Origin: Negaprion brevirostris
Lineage: Eukaryota
Assembly (NCBI GenBank): GCA_030324005.1
Contig: JARDVH010000031.1
Coordinates: 50,022,423-50,086,422, forward strand
Direction of reading: 5' to 3'
Length of the DNA: 64,000 nucleotides
In this document: piece after piece, positions 51,009 to 63,844 of the stretch
Layout: every line of letters begins with the position of its first letter
How positions within the stretch are numbered: position 1 is the first letter of the stretch
The notes under the pieces: generated by a model
Databases searched by the model: none
Seen by the model: the letters and a program-made list of their open reading frames with translations, nothing else
What the model was told of the DNA's origin: nothing
Translations under genes and position numbers: made by a program

Positions 51009-53104
51009 TTTGTGAGCAGAATGCAGCAACTCTCATATTCCATATTCTTCAGCTCAGCACACCTGGAACTTTGGGAGGGAATAGGGAGGGCAACTGTTGT
51101 TTATTTATCTGCATCAGTCATCTGAAAAGAACCATCTGTCCATGTCCAAAAGTAGAACAACTTTAATACAACTACTCCTCACTCAGAAGACGTAAGTGAT
51201 ATCTCTACGAAGGCGTGATTGTACAGCACAGAACATAAACAAAACAAGTATTTTTGTTTTCATGTAAAGAGGAAAATTAAATACAAATGTACGTTTCTTT
51301 CAAATGTGGACATAGTTAGCTGTTGGAAAAGTAAAATGTCTTTACTGCCCAGTAAAAAGTTTAGTGCATTTTTTGTGAATTACTGTAGTTAACCTATAAT
51401 GAAGTACTCAGATCTTTAAATTACATTTCATCGCACTGATTGTAACAATTAGTTATAGTTCCAGATGTAATTTATGGGTAATTGAACTACAAGCACGTTT
51501 CATGGTTACAAGCTGCTTGCAATATTAAGAACTGTTAAAATAGGTTTCTCTTCATCTGTGGTAGGAAGGAAGCTTAGTAAGTGTAATCGTTTGGGATATG
51601 GATTTTTGCTTGATTTTGTTTGACAGTTACCCATAGGTCACATTGTATTATAGATTGGTTCATGGGATTAGACACAATGGTTTTGTAACTCTTAAATGAG
51701 AAAAGCTGCTGCCAGACAAAAAAGGCCATTGCACTGTGTAAGTATCAACACGAAAATAAAACAACAATTATCCACAGTTTGATTGTAAATTTAATGCATT
51801 TTACTTTTGACATACAAATTTAAATTTGGAAGAATACAAAATTGGCAGCACAAAATTGTTAATGGCGAGTATTGGTCAAACCTTGACACTCGGATTCCAC
51901 AGATGTTTTGAAAGAAAAAGTGTGCAAATGACGTGCATCTTTTGTCCTTGTGGAAATCTTTTCATGTTGGTTTCAAAGGTATTTTAATGGGGTTGGCGTA
52001 CACACACAGCTTGCTGCAGCCTGAGATGACATAGCACACGTGTTTGGCAGTAATTTGTACTGGTGAACCCATGAACTGCTTTGGAGAAAAAATATGTAAG
52101 ATAGATTCCAAGCAGATCGAATTCAAATCAGATCAACAGATAAAACTGAATTTGATGTCCGAGTGTAAGTGGCGTGTGAGTGCGACAAGAGTCACTTCGG
52201 TACCAGATGCATTTTACATGGTTTGAAATGTTCCACCATCTGTGGAAAATCCAGTGTTTCTTAATCTTCCTTCTAAAAAAATCTAGCGCTGCGGCAACCA
52301 GCATGGTGCAGATTATATTGCAATTTACACCAGCACACTTCTACCGCTGACTTTGGTGCAATTGTCTCGCATAGTTTATGTCAAGGTAATTATAATGAGA
52401 TGGTAATGAACCATCCTTTTCAGACTGCAATTAAAGGAGCGATGTCATTACGTAGGCAGTCTCACTCCATGGAACATGTTGTATCCTCTAATATTCTATT
52501 CTGGGGAACAGATTATACTGCTTCAGACCTCTCATCACCTTTGGATTCAAATTCAGATTCCCACCAATGAAGGAGTACTTTCCCAATCCATGTACGAGTC
52601 AGTTAAGATTCTCTCCTGAAAACTTGGAGCTTACCAAAACCTGGTGAAAAGCTGACAGACCCCGAAAGATCATGTTTCCACTTTAAGCACTGATTGCAAA
52701 AATCATCTCCCTCCCAAATTTGAACAATAAATGTCAGAGAAAAGTTGTGTCGTAGTTGGTTGTGGTTTGCTTAAAGGTCATTAATGAGGAATTTGCGCAC
52801 AATTGTGTAGTTCCACAGGTTATTTGAATCCACAGGCAAATAAATATGCCGGAACGGGCCTGAGTTTATCAAAGGTGTATTTGTGGCTGGGCTCAGGAAG
52901 ATGTGATTTGAAAAGCCTCAGTCAATTCTGTTTGCATCAGGACAGCAGTGGCAGAGAATGGCTAGAAAAAAGGGCAAGGTGGGAATACATGTAATCTTTG
53001 TTTCTCAGTTCAATAATATATTATATTAATAAATAATTAACACATAATTATTTACTTAATTAGCATTAATAACGTAATTTAGGTGTTCAAAATTATTTGG
53101 TGTT

Positions 53105-54240
53105 TTGATAGAGTAGATAAGGAGAAAAAATTTCCACTGGTGGAATGGGAAGTAATGGAAGGATTTGATATAACAACATTCCTGATAGTTGACAAAAGAA
53201 CCAGAGGGGAACTTTGGGGCATTTTTTAATGCAATGAGATGCTATTGTTTAGAATGTATTGCTTCATAGCTTGGTGGAAACAGATTCAACAGTAAATTTC
53301 AAAAGGAAATTGGATGTATACTTGAAAGGGAAGCAAGTGCAGGGTGAAGATAAAAAGTCAGATAGACAACTACAGACCAAATAGTTTCAGTTCCATTCAA
53401 TATAAAATAATAGAACTGATTATCAGCTATAAACCTTGGCATCTGCACATTAATAATTTGATAGCCAGTAAGCAACTTGCAATCAGAAGGGAAAGGCCAT
53501 ATCTGACAAAAACCGTTTACTTCTTTGAGATAATAATATCTGAAATGGCATTTGGAAAACTCTACAAAATAACCAGTGCTTATCCATTTTCCTGGGCCTC
53601 TGTGGCTCCAAGTTGAGGCAAATAGCATTTGGCAAATTCCTACATGACAAGTTATCAGTCAAACTCAAAAGCTGTGGGAAGTGTATGAGATGAGGTAATT
53701 CCAATAAGGTGACAGGGTGTCCAAGATCAATACTGGGACCACAATAGGCCCTAAATGATCTGAAATTAGAAATTTGAAGCAAAATGGTCAAATTTTCAAT
53801 GATACCAAATAGGAGGGACAATGAAATTAGAAGAAATAACTCTAATTCAGGAGAAAATGGAAATATAACATGGCTGCCTTAAAGACATGGCTGAAACAAG
53901 GCTCCAAATGGATACTTGGTTACCAGCAATTCCAGAATGATAGAGGGGGAAGAAGTAAAGGGAATTCATGTAGGATTGGTTAAAAAGAATGTTACATTTG
54001 TAAAAGGAATGATACCTAAGGCTAGGTTATAGATCTGATTCCAGTTGTGTACATTCTGAAACTAAGAGAGATGTTACGTTGTTAAAAGGTATTTTATAGA
54101 GCTCTAAACTGTAAAGGGAGAAAGATGCTGAGCAAGTCTGTTGCCAAATTTCAAAGATACATATACAAAATAAAGTGCTAAAGTTAGAAGTCTAATTATG
54201 CTAATATAGATTAGGAAAAAGTAGTGTAAAAAATAGTGGC
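53105..54240. mobile_element. Cluster of old CR1 fragments (+ 3' end, - RT piece, + endonuclease piece)
   Basis: gatagagtagataaggagaaaaaatttccactggtgg..ttcaaaaggaaattggat; ggcatttggaaaactctac; acatggctg..ttttatagagctctaaactgt. Confidence 0.65.
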
Positions 54241-54982
54241 GGTATTCCTTGGTTAATTATATATTATTTGTTTAGTTGTATGCAGGCAGTAATTGAGTAT
54301 TCAATTGTACCCCCATAAATAAACAAATCCCAGGCAGTGGCCAGCTGAAGGAATTAATAGGCCCGACTTCCTGCCTTTCTTCAATGGCTACATCATGCGC
54401 TAGCTGGAGAGGGTATATGCAGTGACCGCCAATACACTGGAGGCTTCTGCAACTGATTGTCATTGCAGGGGGAATACATCATCATCCCTGAGAATGTCAT
54501 TTTAATCTGGTTTGTTAAGTATCCTTTAAAGTTTTGCGTGTTTATTATAGCATATCAGCGCTACCTCTTTTAGATGGGTCACTTAGTTCCTACTAAACAC
54601 TTCCCATCAACAGACTTGAAGGTGGCTTATTAAGTCCAATGAGTGACCCACTGCCTACCTGCCCACTCCTATCCCCATCATTATTGTACCTGCAGTGGCA
54701 TCAGGCGGCCTGCCCATCAGTGGACCAATGGAGTGGAGTGAATACCCACTGAAGGGCCTCATTCTCCTTTCATTGAGATTTAACTGGCACAGCTGGTGGT
54801 GGGCAGAAAGAAATCCCTCATTAACACATCCAATCAGAGGGACCCCAAAGTTTTACATCCCATGAGGTTGTGCTCCTATCACAGCCTCTCAAACCCCAGC
54901 ACTACACAACCGTCGTCCTCCCTTGCCAGGGCCTGCCAGTTTGGTACCCAGCAGGACCCCCAGCAAGATCCCCCTGACCATG

Positions 54983-55258
54983 ATGGCACAGCACTTAGGA
55001 TCTGGGTTCAGTTCCGGCGTTGGGTGCCCTTCTGAATGTAATTTGCACATTCTCCATGTGTCTGTGTGGGTTTCCTCTGAGTGCTCTGGTTTCCTCACAC
55101 AGTCCAAAGATGTGAAGGTTAGGTGAATTAGCCTGGTAAATGCATGTGGTTATGGGGGTAGGGTGGATGGACCTGGTTGAGATGCTCTTTCAGAGACTCA
55201 GTGTAGACTCAATGGGCCTAAAGACTCTTTGTGCATTGTAAAGGTTCTATGGTTGTAT
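54983..55258 (+). mobile_element. V-SINE (HE1-like)
   Basis: tttgcacattctccatgtgtctgtgtgggtttcctctgagtgctctggtttcctcacacagtccaaagatgtg. Confidence 0.88.
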
Positions 55259-55747
55259 GATACTTACACAAATTCTGATCCATAACTATGGACCTCTGTC
55301 CTAAAACGCTGGAGGTGGAATTTCCTGATCCAGAAGGGTGGCAGTTCTGTCTCTCACCTAACAGCTAACTGGCCGTCAAATGGCTGCCTGGCATACAGTG
55401 TTTCCCTCAGTGGGTTCGTCCCTCACCAATGTTTTAGCAGGGTTTAATACGGGAAATTGGAACTCCATATATTTCAGTACTTGCAATCTTCGTGTTGTTT
55501 CAAAAAAACAAGTATAAATAGATGGAATCTAAAACTGTGGTTGGGTTAGTGGGCATATACTTGTAACATTTAAACCTGTAAATAAATACAAAAATGTGTA
55601 AATATTTGTTCTATTTCTATCTTTCATCAACTGGATTTTTGGAATTGAACATGTTTGATATGAGTACAAGTTAACTTTTTTAATCAATCCAGTCCAATAA
55701 GGAAAAAACATTCCTGGATCTGTTTCTGGAAATGAAATACTGCAAAT

Positions 55748-55845
55748 GGGCTCTGAAGAAGAGTCCCACAGACTTGAAATGTTCACTGTTTCCCTCTCCA
55801 CAGATGCTGCCTAACCTGCTGTGTTATTCCAGCATTTTTTCTTAA
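55748..55845 (+). mobile_element. Penelope-like short repeat with hammerhead motif
   Basis: ctgaagaagagtcccacagacttgaaatgtt..ctctccacagatgctgcctaacctgctg..ttccagcattttt. Confidence 0.65.
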
Positions 55846-56201
55846 TTTAGCAAACAGTGTTGTATCTGATTCTTGGAAATGAAACAGTGCAAATGGAGTA
55901 TGTTACACCAGGAGATCATCTAGCTAACAGTAATCACAACACAATGTATTCAGAGTAATTATGGAAAGAGATGCAAAGACATTTTATGATTGTTGTTGGC
56001 TTGCTTTTCCATCAGAATGAGGAGAAAGTGATGTGCAAGTAATCCAGCCTTCCTCGTTCATCCCAGCGAAACATTGACAAGAGCTGTGCACTCTTCAGTG
56101 ATCTCCTATTACTCAGCTGTGCCCCTGTGTGAGGGTGGCTGGTGTCAGTCATACAGCTGGCCAGTTGCTTTGATAATGGTGGGGAGCATTTTAGAGACTC
56201 A

Positions 56202-56337
56202 GGGCACAATCTTACCTGCCATTCACTCCATGCTCCCACTGCAGCAAAGTTGGAGAATTTGGCAACCAGCCAAGTCTTGGTTCACTGCAGCAGGATGGAA
56301 AAATCCCGTCAACGTGAACTGTGGTAAAATTCCAACC
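56202..56337. mobile_element. Harbinger-type MITE with 3-bp TSD
   Basis: 15-bp TIRs gggcacaatcttacc / ggtaaaattccaacc; TCA on both sides. Confidence 0.8.
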
Positions 56338-56409
56338 TCATTCTACTCACATAGACTCTTCTGTAGACAGATTTAAAGGCCTATCCCCTGGCTGTTGCCT
56401 GCTACTCAC

Positions 56410-56668
56410 TTTCCTGGATCAAATCAGGTCATTGAATCTTTTATGGCAATGGGTTCACTTCCTGCTGTTCACTCTAATGCTGGCCTCCACAGATAGGTCC
56501 ATCAAGGCTCATTGGTGTCTCTGGGAGGATCTCTACAACATGACTCTGGGAAAGTTACCTCTTGCCTCTCAGCAACTGCTTTGGTTAATATGTCAAGAGA
56601 AACCTGGGGCCTCCCATGGATACCTCCCTGTGCCAATGCTGGCCCTCTGTGAATGCTCCTGTGCCATC
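56410..56668 (-). pseudogene. Harbinger Myb/SANT-like exon 1 remnant
   Basis: KAVAERQEVTFP..RDPPRDT then (frameshift) VEASIRVNSRK*THCHKRFNDLI*SRK followed by donor gtgagt. Confidence 0.7.
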
Positions 56669-57199
56669 TCCTCAAGAAATGACTAACCCAATCATGGTTG
56701 CTGCTCACCTTTTCAAAGGGATTCTATGTCCCACCTCTAGGCCTATCCTGACACCACTGATGGGGTCCTGCACTCACCCTGTGCCAATTAGTCCCTTTGC
56801 ATGTCAAAATCATATTGCTTCACTGACACTGACGCAATGTGGGACCCAGAAATGTTCTGGGTTTTGGGTTGAAAATGCATGCCCTGGTGACAGAATTAGA
56901 AATCACTCCATGCACTGTTTATTTTATTAGTTTCTGTAGTTCCTCTGCCGATGTTACATTGAATGAGGAAACCCACTCCCACATTTACAACAATGTTCCT
57001 AATAATTTTAAATTGCCTTGGAAAAATAACATATGGCATGCATTTTTCAGATTTGTCACTGAAGTTATTGTATCTCCATACCTTTGGAGCTTAGATTGCA
57101 AGATATTATCTTCATCATTATCCTCACTCTGAGTGCCACATTTAAATGGCACCATTCACAGCTTTTTTTAATGTCTACAGCCCTGGACTGCATGGAGGA

Positions 57200-57320
57200 C
57201 ATGACTCCCAAAGGACGAAGCGTGCTGCTCTGAAATTCAGTGGGGCCTCACTGGAGTGCCTGCTGGATACAGTCAGGGCCCTTTGCAATGTCCTCTATCC
57301 TAGGAAGACAAAGAGCGTGT
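57200..57320 (+). pseudogene. Harbinger Myb/SANT-like exon 1 fragment
   Basis: KRAALKFSGASLECLLDTVRALCNVLYPR. Confidence 0.65.
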
Positions 57321-58073
57321 CTGAGGAAAATCCTGGCCTACCCAGAGCCCCCCTGTTTCTCTCCTGCAAACTCCTCCAAAAAATTAAGATTTATGTAAGT
57401 GTTCAAAATTTACATGTTTAACTTTCCAAGATTTTACCTCCAGCTCATTTGATGTCATGTCCACAATATTACACATTGAGACGGCCATGGTCTCATATCT
57501 TTCTGCATTTAAGACTGTCTGGCTCTCTTTACATTGTTAGTCCCAGTCACTCCAGGGTATTAATTACAATTCTCAGTCACCAACGTTAGGTTTGTAGTTT
57601 TGAGCTATTTACTACTTAGTATCGATATGGATTTGCTTTAAGCCCAGCAGGAAGGGATTGTAAAGAAACAAGATAGCNNNNNNNNNNAATCTTTTATTTG
57701 CACAGAGAAAGGACAAGAAGTGGGTAATTGTTACTTTTTCGCCTCAAAATTACTAACCAGGAAAAATGGTGAGGGTCACCATAGGAACAGATCATACTGT
57801 GGTCTTGTGCACCTTTTGTTTCTCACTCAAAACTACTCCCACACCCCTCCCCCCAGCGTCAACTTTCCTCCTCTACCTGTGTGCAAGTCAGGAAGATGTA
57901 CTTCTGATGTCAGACTATTAGCAAAGGCAGAGCATTTCCACAGCACAAGCCTGCACCTAATGAGTGAGTCTGCACCTCGTTTTGGAGAAAGAAGGCTAGC
58001 CATTGTTGTGGATCTGAGAGATCTGTAGCAATGGTGATGGTCGCCTAAGCAGAAGCAACAGCCAGAATACCCA

Positions 58074-58242
58074 CAGTGGGATTTTCTTGCCCTTCGTGTG
58101 GTGCCTTTCTCAGCAGCAGGAGGCCAGTGATGGGTTTCTCTGGTTCTGCTGCTGTCAATGGAATGTCCCATTGAATCCAGCCCCTGCCACGGTGAAACCC
58201 GCGACAGGGGATCACAACAGTGGAACCTGAAAATCCCACCCC
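58074..58242. mobile_element. Harbinger-type MITE
   Basis: Perfect 11-bp inverted repeat gtgggattttc / gaaaatcccac. Confidence 0.75.
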
Positions 58243-58448
58243 TAGACTCAATTGTTCGCTCATTACCTCGAGCTCTCAGATCGTCCAATGGAAGGACAAG
58301 GGATAAGTCCCACTGAGTGTCCCTCTGTAGGAAGCAAGAAACTAACTTCACTCCCACGGTCTTCTGAATCGTGCTGCAATTTATGCCTATTGCAGATGCA
58401 AGTGCTCTCCTTCCACCTCACAAACCAAGACATGCTTGCATTTGGTTG

Positions 58449-58731
58449 ACATGGTGGCACACAGCTCCAGAGACCTGGGTTCAATTCCGGTCTCTGCTGA
58501 CTGTCTGTGTGGAGTTTACATGTTTTCCCCCTGCTTCTGGATGCTCCGGTTTCCTCCCACAGTCCAAAGATGTGCAGGTTAGGGTGATTGGCCATGCTAA
58601 ATTGCAACTAAGTGTCCAGGGATTAGGAGCGTTAATATGTGGGGTTATGGGGATAGGGTGGGATTGTTGTTAGTGCAGCCTCAATGGGCTGAATGGCCTC
58701 CTTCGGCATTGTGGGATTCGATGATTCTATG
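58449..58731 (+). mobile_element. V-SINE (HE1-like)
   Basis: gggttcaattccgg..tccggtttcctcccacagtccaaagatgtgcaggttagg..atgggctgaatggcctccttc. Confidence 0.9.
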
Positions 58732-60964
58732 AAGTATGCAAGCAATTTCAAAGAAGTCCTTTCCTTTTACTTTTCATTTTCATTCAGGAGAAAGGTTTTG
58801 CTGTGCAAAGGAAAGCTTTCCGCACATATATCCCTATCTTTTAGCCATTATTTCCCATTTATTTGGGTCTTTATTTCAAGTTTTTAATCTGTTCACGCGC
58901 ACCTCTTTTTTAACCATTATTTTTTAACCTCCCTAGAGCAAATAAAATCAGCAGTGTTTTGTTTTGTCTACTATCCACTCCTAAGCAAAGGTGAAACAAT
59001 TCAAAAAGCCTTAAACAAAGGCTTCAGTGGTACAAAGGAGCTACAGGTAACAAGGATCACCATTTTTCATTTGGGCATTTTTTTTGCACAGATGGAAGGA
59101 CAGGTTATCAAATGGGGCCAGGATCAGCAAAGGCTGAGGAACAATATCATTACTAACAAAAATCGAAAAGCTGAATATCTGAATTTGCTCCAAAAGAATA
59201 GCTGATAATGTGACAAAAATGTACATGCCTCGGTAAACATACCTAAACCTACATAACCTAAATTAATATTTCAGCTCTGAATCCCTATTATATAAAGTTC
59301 AGCTCTTTCTTCTTCCAAACTCAATCCTCCTATTTTGCTCTGTTATGTTGATAGAGACCAGTAACTATTTCATTATTTTTGTTTGCAAATCCTTGAGTTT
59401 TTACTAAAATAATCTGATTAGAATCCTGGGTCCCCAGTGTCAGATTTGCTGGGGAATCCTTCAGGAAGGTTTCCAGGTAGGGGTTTAACCAACAATTGTC
59501 CAGAAAGGCTAACTCCCCTGGACAACTGTGCTGGGCTGGTGTAATGATACACAGTCAGGGATTTTGTCAGAAACATAAAGTGAATTTATTAATAAGAAAA
59601 AATTGTACAGAGACTGTCAGCAACCCTCCCCGCTCTTCCCAACCCCAAGGCTGCATTGGAGCAGCCCTTCAGCTGCCCCAGTCCCTACCTGTCTTCTACA
59701 TGTCTTCCAGATGCTTTCTGCCTAAGATAGGACGGCACCCACCCTTGAACCCAGCCTGCACTGACTCCCACTCCACCACTCAACTCTCAACCTGCCTCAA
59801 CGCCCCGCCATTCCTGAAGTCAACCACACCCTGAATGTCAGACGCACCCCCCCGCCATTTCCAACCCACCTGATACCTGATTTTCAACCCCTTCAAATGT
59901 CCAGCCCTCATCCCCAGATGCTCAACACCCACAATACTTTTCACTGTATGCTAATACGTGACAATAATAAATCAAATCAAAAAGTCATGTGATCCATTAA
60001 TGGAAGCAAGCTTCAGAACTCCTCTATCAGAGAAACCTAGGGACAATCATTTGCCCAAAATCACAGGGGCCATTGTCCAGTTTCAGAAGATAGTGCATTA
60101 TGAAGTAATCAGTTCTCATGTTCAGCCAATTAAGCTAAATTGAATCACATTTCTAATGATACTGGTGATGCTAACCACAAATTTAGAAGTTAAGGTTTTT
60201 ATCTGCCAGTATTTAAATGTGCAGGAACAAACTAGAATTGAGTTTATGTTAATAACTCAGAAACAGATTTGATCTGAGGTAATGTAATCCACCGAGGACC
60301 AAAAAATCAGGGGTAAAATTCCTCCTTCTGTTCATCGAGACAAGAAGATGGAAGAGAATAAACAGGATTTTCACAGGTCCGCCAAGATACACTGTCAAAG
60401 GTACATTGCAGCAAAATTAAAGAAAATTGCAAGGATTTTTCACATCCACAGTTTTCTTGATAGTGCTGAATTTGCATTGTGATACAAATTGAGAAATTCC
60501 AGCATTAAAATACATAACATTACAAAGGTGCCTCTACTGTAAGCACATTTTAAATAGAGTGTAAGACTCACTGACAAGAGCTGCTCGCACTATAAATCTA
60601 TGTCAGGAGCTGAGAAGATATTGATGGGGAAAGTGTAAAAAGATTCTTGTTTCTTCTTGGCAGTGGAAAAGGCCAGGTTCAACTCAGCTGGGTCATTTTT
60701 GACTTCTGTGTGGCTAACCCCATGAAGATCACTGGTCAGCCGTCTCACCCGGCAACAACGAGGCCCATGCAATTTGGTGGCATTGGCCTCACTTAAGTTC
60801 ACCAGGCCAGCTGCAGGCTCCAAATGGCCATCTGCTGTGGCTCATTAGTTTAAATGTAAAAAGTAGGCTGGATATTCTGATAGCAAGACAGCACTTGGGC
60901 CTCAGGAGGGGGTGATTGTAAAAGCTGAAAGTGGGGCACCCACAGCTGGCAACAGCTGTTAAAC

Positions 60965-61060
60965 GTATAGATCTGAGACCTTATTGAATGGTGGGCCAGG
61001 CTTGATGGGGCTCGAGGGGCTAGATGGCCTACTCCTGCTCCTATTTCTTATGTTCTTATG
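60965..61060 (+). mobile_element. CR1 LINE 3' end
   Basis: cttattgaatggtgggccaggctt..atggcctactcctgctcctatttcttatgttcttatg. Confidence 0.8.
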
Positions 61061-61364
61061 AGATTTATGGACATGCTCTCTGGGTTTCACAGAAGTGGTT
61101 CAAGACTGATCTTTAAAGGACTTTCTCTATTTCATTGCTTGTAGCACAGATTGGATCCTGTATTCTGTTGAGAAGGTCTGACCACCTTTGAGCTCCTATT
61201 TAAGAGGTGGAACCCAGGTTTCTGTATTAAAATGGCCTATCAACTGAATTATGGACATTTGAAACATCTGATAGTAAAGTCTCTTTTTAAAATGGAGCCT
61301 GACACATCCCTGATGTTAACAAGATAATAAGACTACTGATCCCATTACTACCCTATCAAAGGAA

Positions 61365-61535
61365 AAGTCATCAAAGCCCCAGATGACCATAGGCTGCTCT
61401 CCCTTTGATGGGGAGACTGACTGGTGGTGATTTAGTCTGAGGGTCATCACAGTTGAGGCGGGGGTCAAGGTTGAGAAGGTGGTTCCTACCCTACTAATAT
61501 CAAACAAAATAGTCAATGCTGACCAGTCTCAGCCA
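61365..61535 (-). mobile_element. tRNA-derived SINE (third family), partial
   Basis: cccagatgaccataggctgctctccctttg..gactggtggtgattt..caaggttgagaagg. Confidence 0.65.
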
Positions 61536-61662
61536 TTTTCCAAACTTTACCTGACAATATACTTATGGATTTCTTCAAATCTATTTTTGCATAATCCTAT
61601 TATGCATTTCCTCCAGATATATTTTCTGTATAATGTTTAAATTTGTAATGTATATAAAATCA

Positions 61663-63175
61663 TGAGTGAAATCTTACCAAACAATAGCACAACTTTGGTT
61701 CTGGCACAAAAAGTGGTGTTGTTTCCCATCAATAGTGCCTGTGTGGTTCTGATCCGAATCTTACAGCTTATTCGTATTAGTTACTATTCCCGCGAGTATC
61801 TCACCGTTCCTGTAGCGCATTCCCTCTGATTCGCCCACCACATAACAACATAACTGCTGCAAACAGTGCGGAGCTCCATATAAACACTTGTTCCACAATG
61901 TCTGCAGGGGATGGCAACCAAGAAGCCAGCACTGCACTTTTCAGAAGGGGGCCCTCATCAGGATGCTGGGTGGAGTGGAGCAGAGGTGGGACACCCTCTA
62001 TCCCCACTCCAGGAGACGGCCTTCCAACAGGGCCATCGCCTCAACCTGGGATGCAGTGGCAACTGTAGTGAGTACGAGTGTACTGCAATAGAGGATGGGG
62101 TAGCAGTGTTGGGAAAAGATGAATAATCTTCTTCACTCAGCCAGGGTAAGTTTACTATCCTCAATCTCCCACTGGACTTTCTCACACACCCCTTGCACCC
62201 CCAACCCTTTCCCTCATTCAGCCACCTTTACCTCTGCTAACACCAGGCTCCCCACTTCCTCCCACAATCCACATGTTCCCCCAGTAGCTGCAATGCTCCT
62301 CATACTCCAGATCCCACCCAAGCCCCGTGCTGCCATACCTCACCACCATCTTAAGTGTCAATAGTCCCATCTACACTCTTCCTCTCTGTGTCATTGAAGG
62401 ACAAGTTCAATCACAACAGATGTGAGTGGCCCTGCCATCTGGACTAATATCAGAGTTCTGGGCCCTCGCACGCTTTGCAGGAGAAGCTCTTGGCCCAGCT
62501 GGGGAGGAGGAAGAGCTAGCCTGCGCTGTCAGTGAAGTGGGGACAACAGAGAAATGTGAGAATCCTCAACATATATGCTGCCATGCCTCAGGTCTCAAGT
62601 GAATAATCAATGTTCCCACCTGTAATGCACTGATGCCATGCGTCTTCTCTTACAGGCCAACCACTGGAACAAGCCGGACCACCCTCGTGCCCACTTGATC
62701 CAGTGGACTCCAGCAGCTCAGAGAGGGACTTCTCCAACCCCATCATGGAAGACACGTCACAGTTGTCACCTATACCTGACACCAGTGCAGATACTCAGAC
62801 CTTGCAGGTGCAATTCGTAGGCAGGCTTCTGGGTCACTCATTGGTGAGCACTGCACAGCTGAAGATCCAACAACAGGCATAGGCAGGGACGTCCCAGGGA
62901 ACCAGCACTTGTCGGGATGTTGGAGCCCAGTACTCTGCAGAGCCCCTTGCCAATGATGTGCCCCTGGGCTCAGTTGTCCCACAGTTGTGGAGCTGCAAAG
63001 ACAGAGCCACAAGTATCAGGAAGAGATGACAGCAATGCTCCTTGAACTGCAAGGAGATGTCCAGTCACCTTCTATAGAAGGACATGGTGCCCTCAAGGCA
63101 GCGCTCCAAGGTCAACACGGTGAGATTGGCATCTACAGTGGAGAATTTGGTGCTGGATATCTCCATTCAATGTGG
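61663..63175 (+). mobile_element. Harbinger transposon 3, left arm carrying a three-exon Myb/SANT-like pseudogene
   Basis: TIR-like gagtgaaatcttacc; TATAAA 61879; ATG 61911 MATKKPALHFS then (frameshift) MLGGVEQRWDTLYPHSRRRPS..WDAVATVVS..QCWEKMNNLLHSAR; donor gtaagt 62146; acceptors before 62400 (DKFNHNR) and 62656. Confidence 0.8.
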
Positions 63176-63339
63176 TGGGGTGAGAAAATCCCATTCATGT
63201 GAACGGTCAGAAACTTCCAGCCCATACGTCTTATTCAAAGAAAGACAAATATTTTTTGGCAGAACAAGTCCAATTTTTGAATATTATGTAAAAATATAAC
63301 ATGCTTGAATGGTGCTTTCTTTTGGGGGAATCTTCTTCA

Positions 63340-63822
63340 CCTAAAGATGTGGAGGCTTTGGAGAGGGTACAGAAAAGATTTACCAGGATATTGCCTGGTG
63401 TGGAGGGCATTAGCTATGAGGAGAGATTGGAGAAAATTGGTTTGTTCTCACTGGATCGACGGAAGCTGAGGGGTGACCTAAGAAAAGTCTACAAGATTTT
63501 GGAGGCATGGACAGAATGGATAGTCAGAAGCTTTTTCCCAGGGTGGAAGAGTCGATTACTAGGAGGCATAGGTTTAAAGGAGGTGTACGAGGCAAGTCTT
63601 TTACAACAGAGGATGGTGGGTGCCTGGAACTCGTTGCCGGCAGAGGAAGTGGAAGTAGATGCGATAGTGACTTTTAAGGGGTGTCATGACAAATACGTGA
63701 ATAGGATAGAAATAGAGGGATACGGTCCCCAGAAGGGTAGGGAGTTTTAGCTTAGTCGGGCAGCATGATTGGTGCAGGCTTGGAGGACCAAAGGGCCTGT
63801 TCCTGTGCTGTAATTTTCTCTT
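63340..63822 (+). mobile_element. CR1 LINE 3' end
   Basis: KDVEALERVQKRFTRILPGVEGISYEERLEKIGLFSLDRRKLRGDL plus 3' tail. Confidence 0.93.
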
Positions 63823-63844
63823 CTTAACACAATCACCTATTAGA

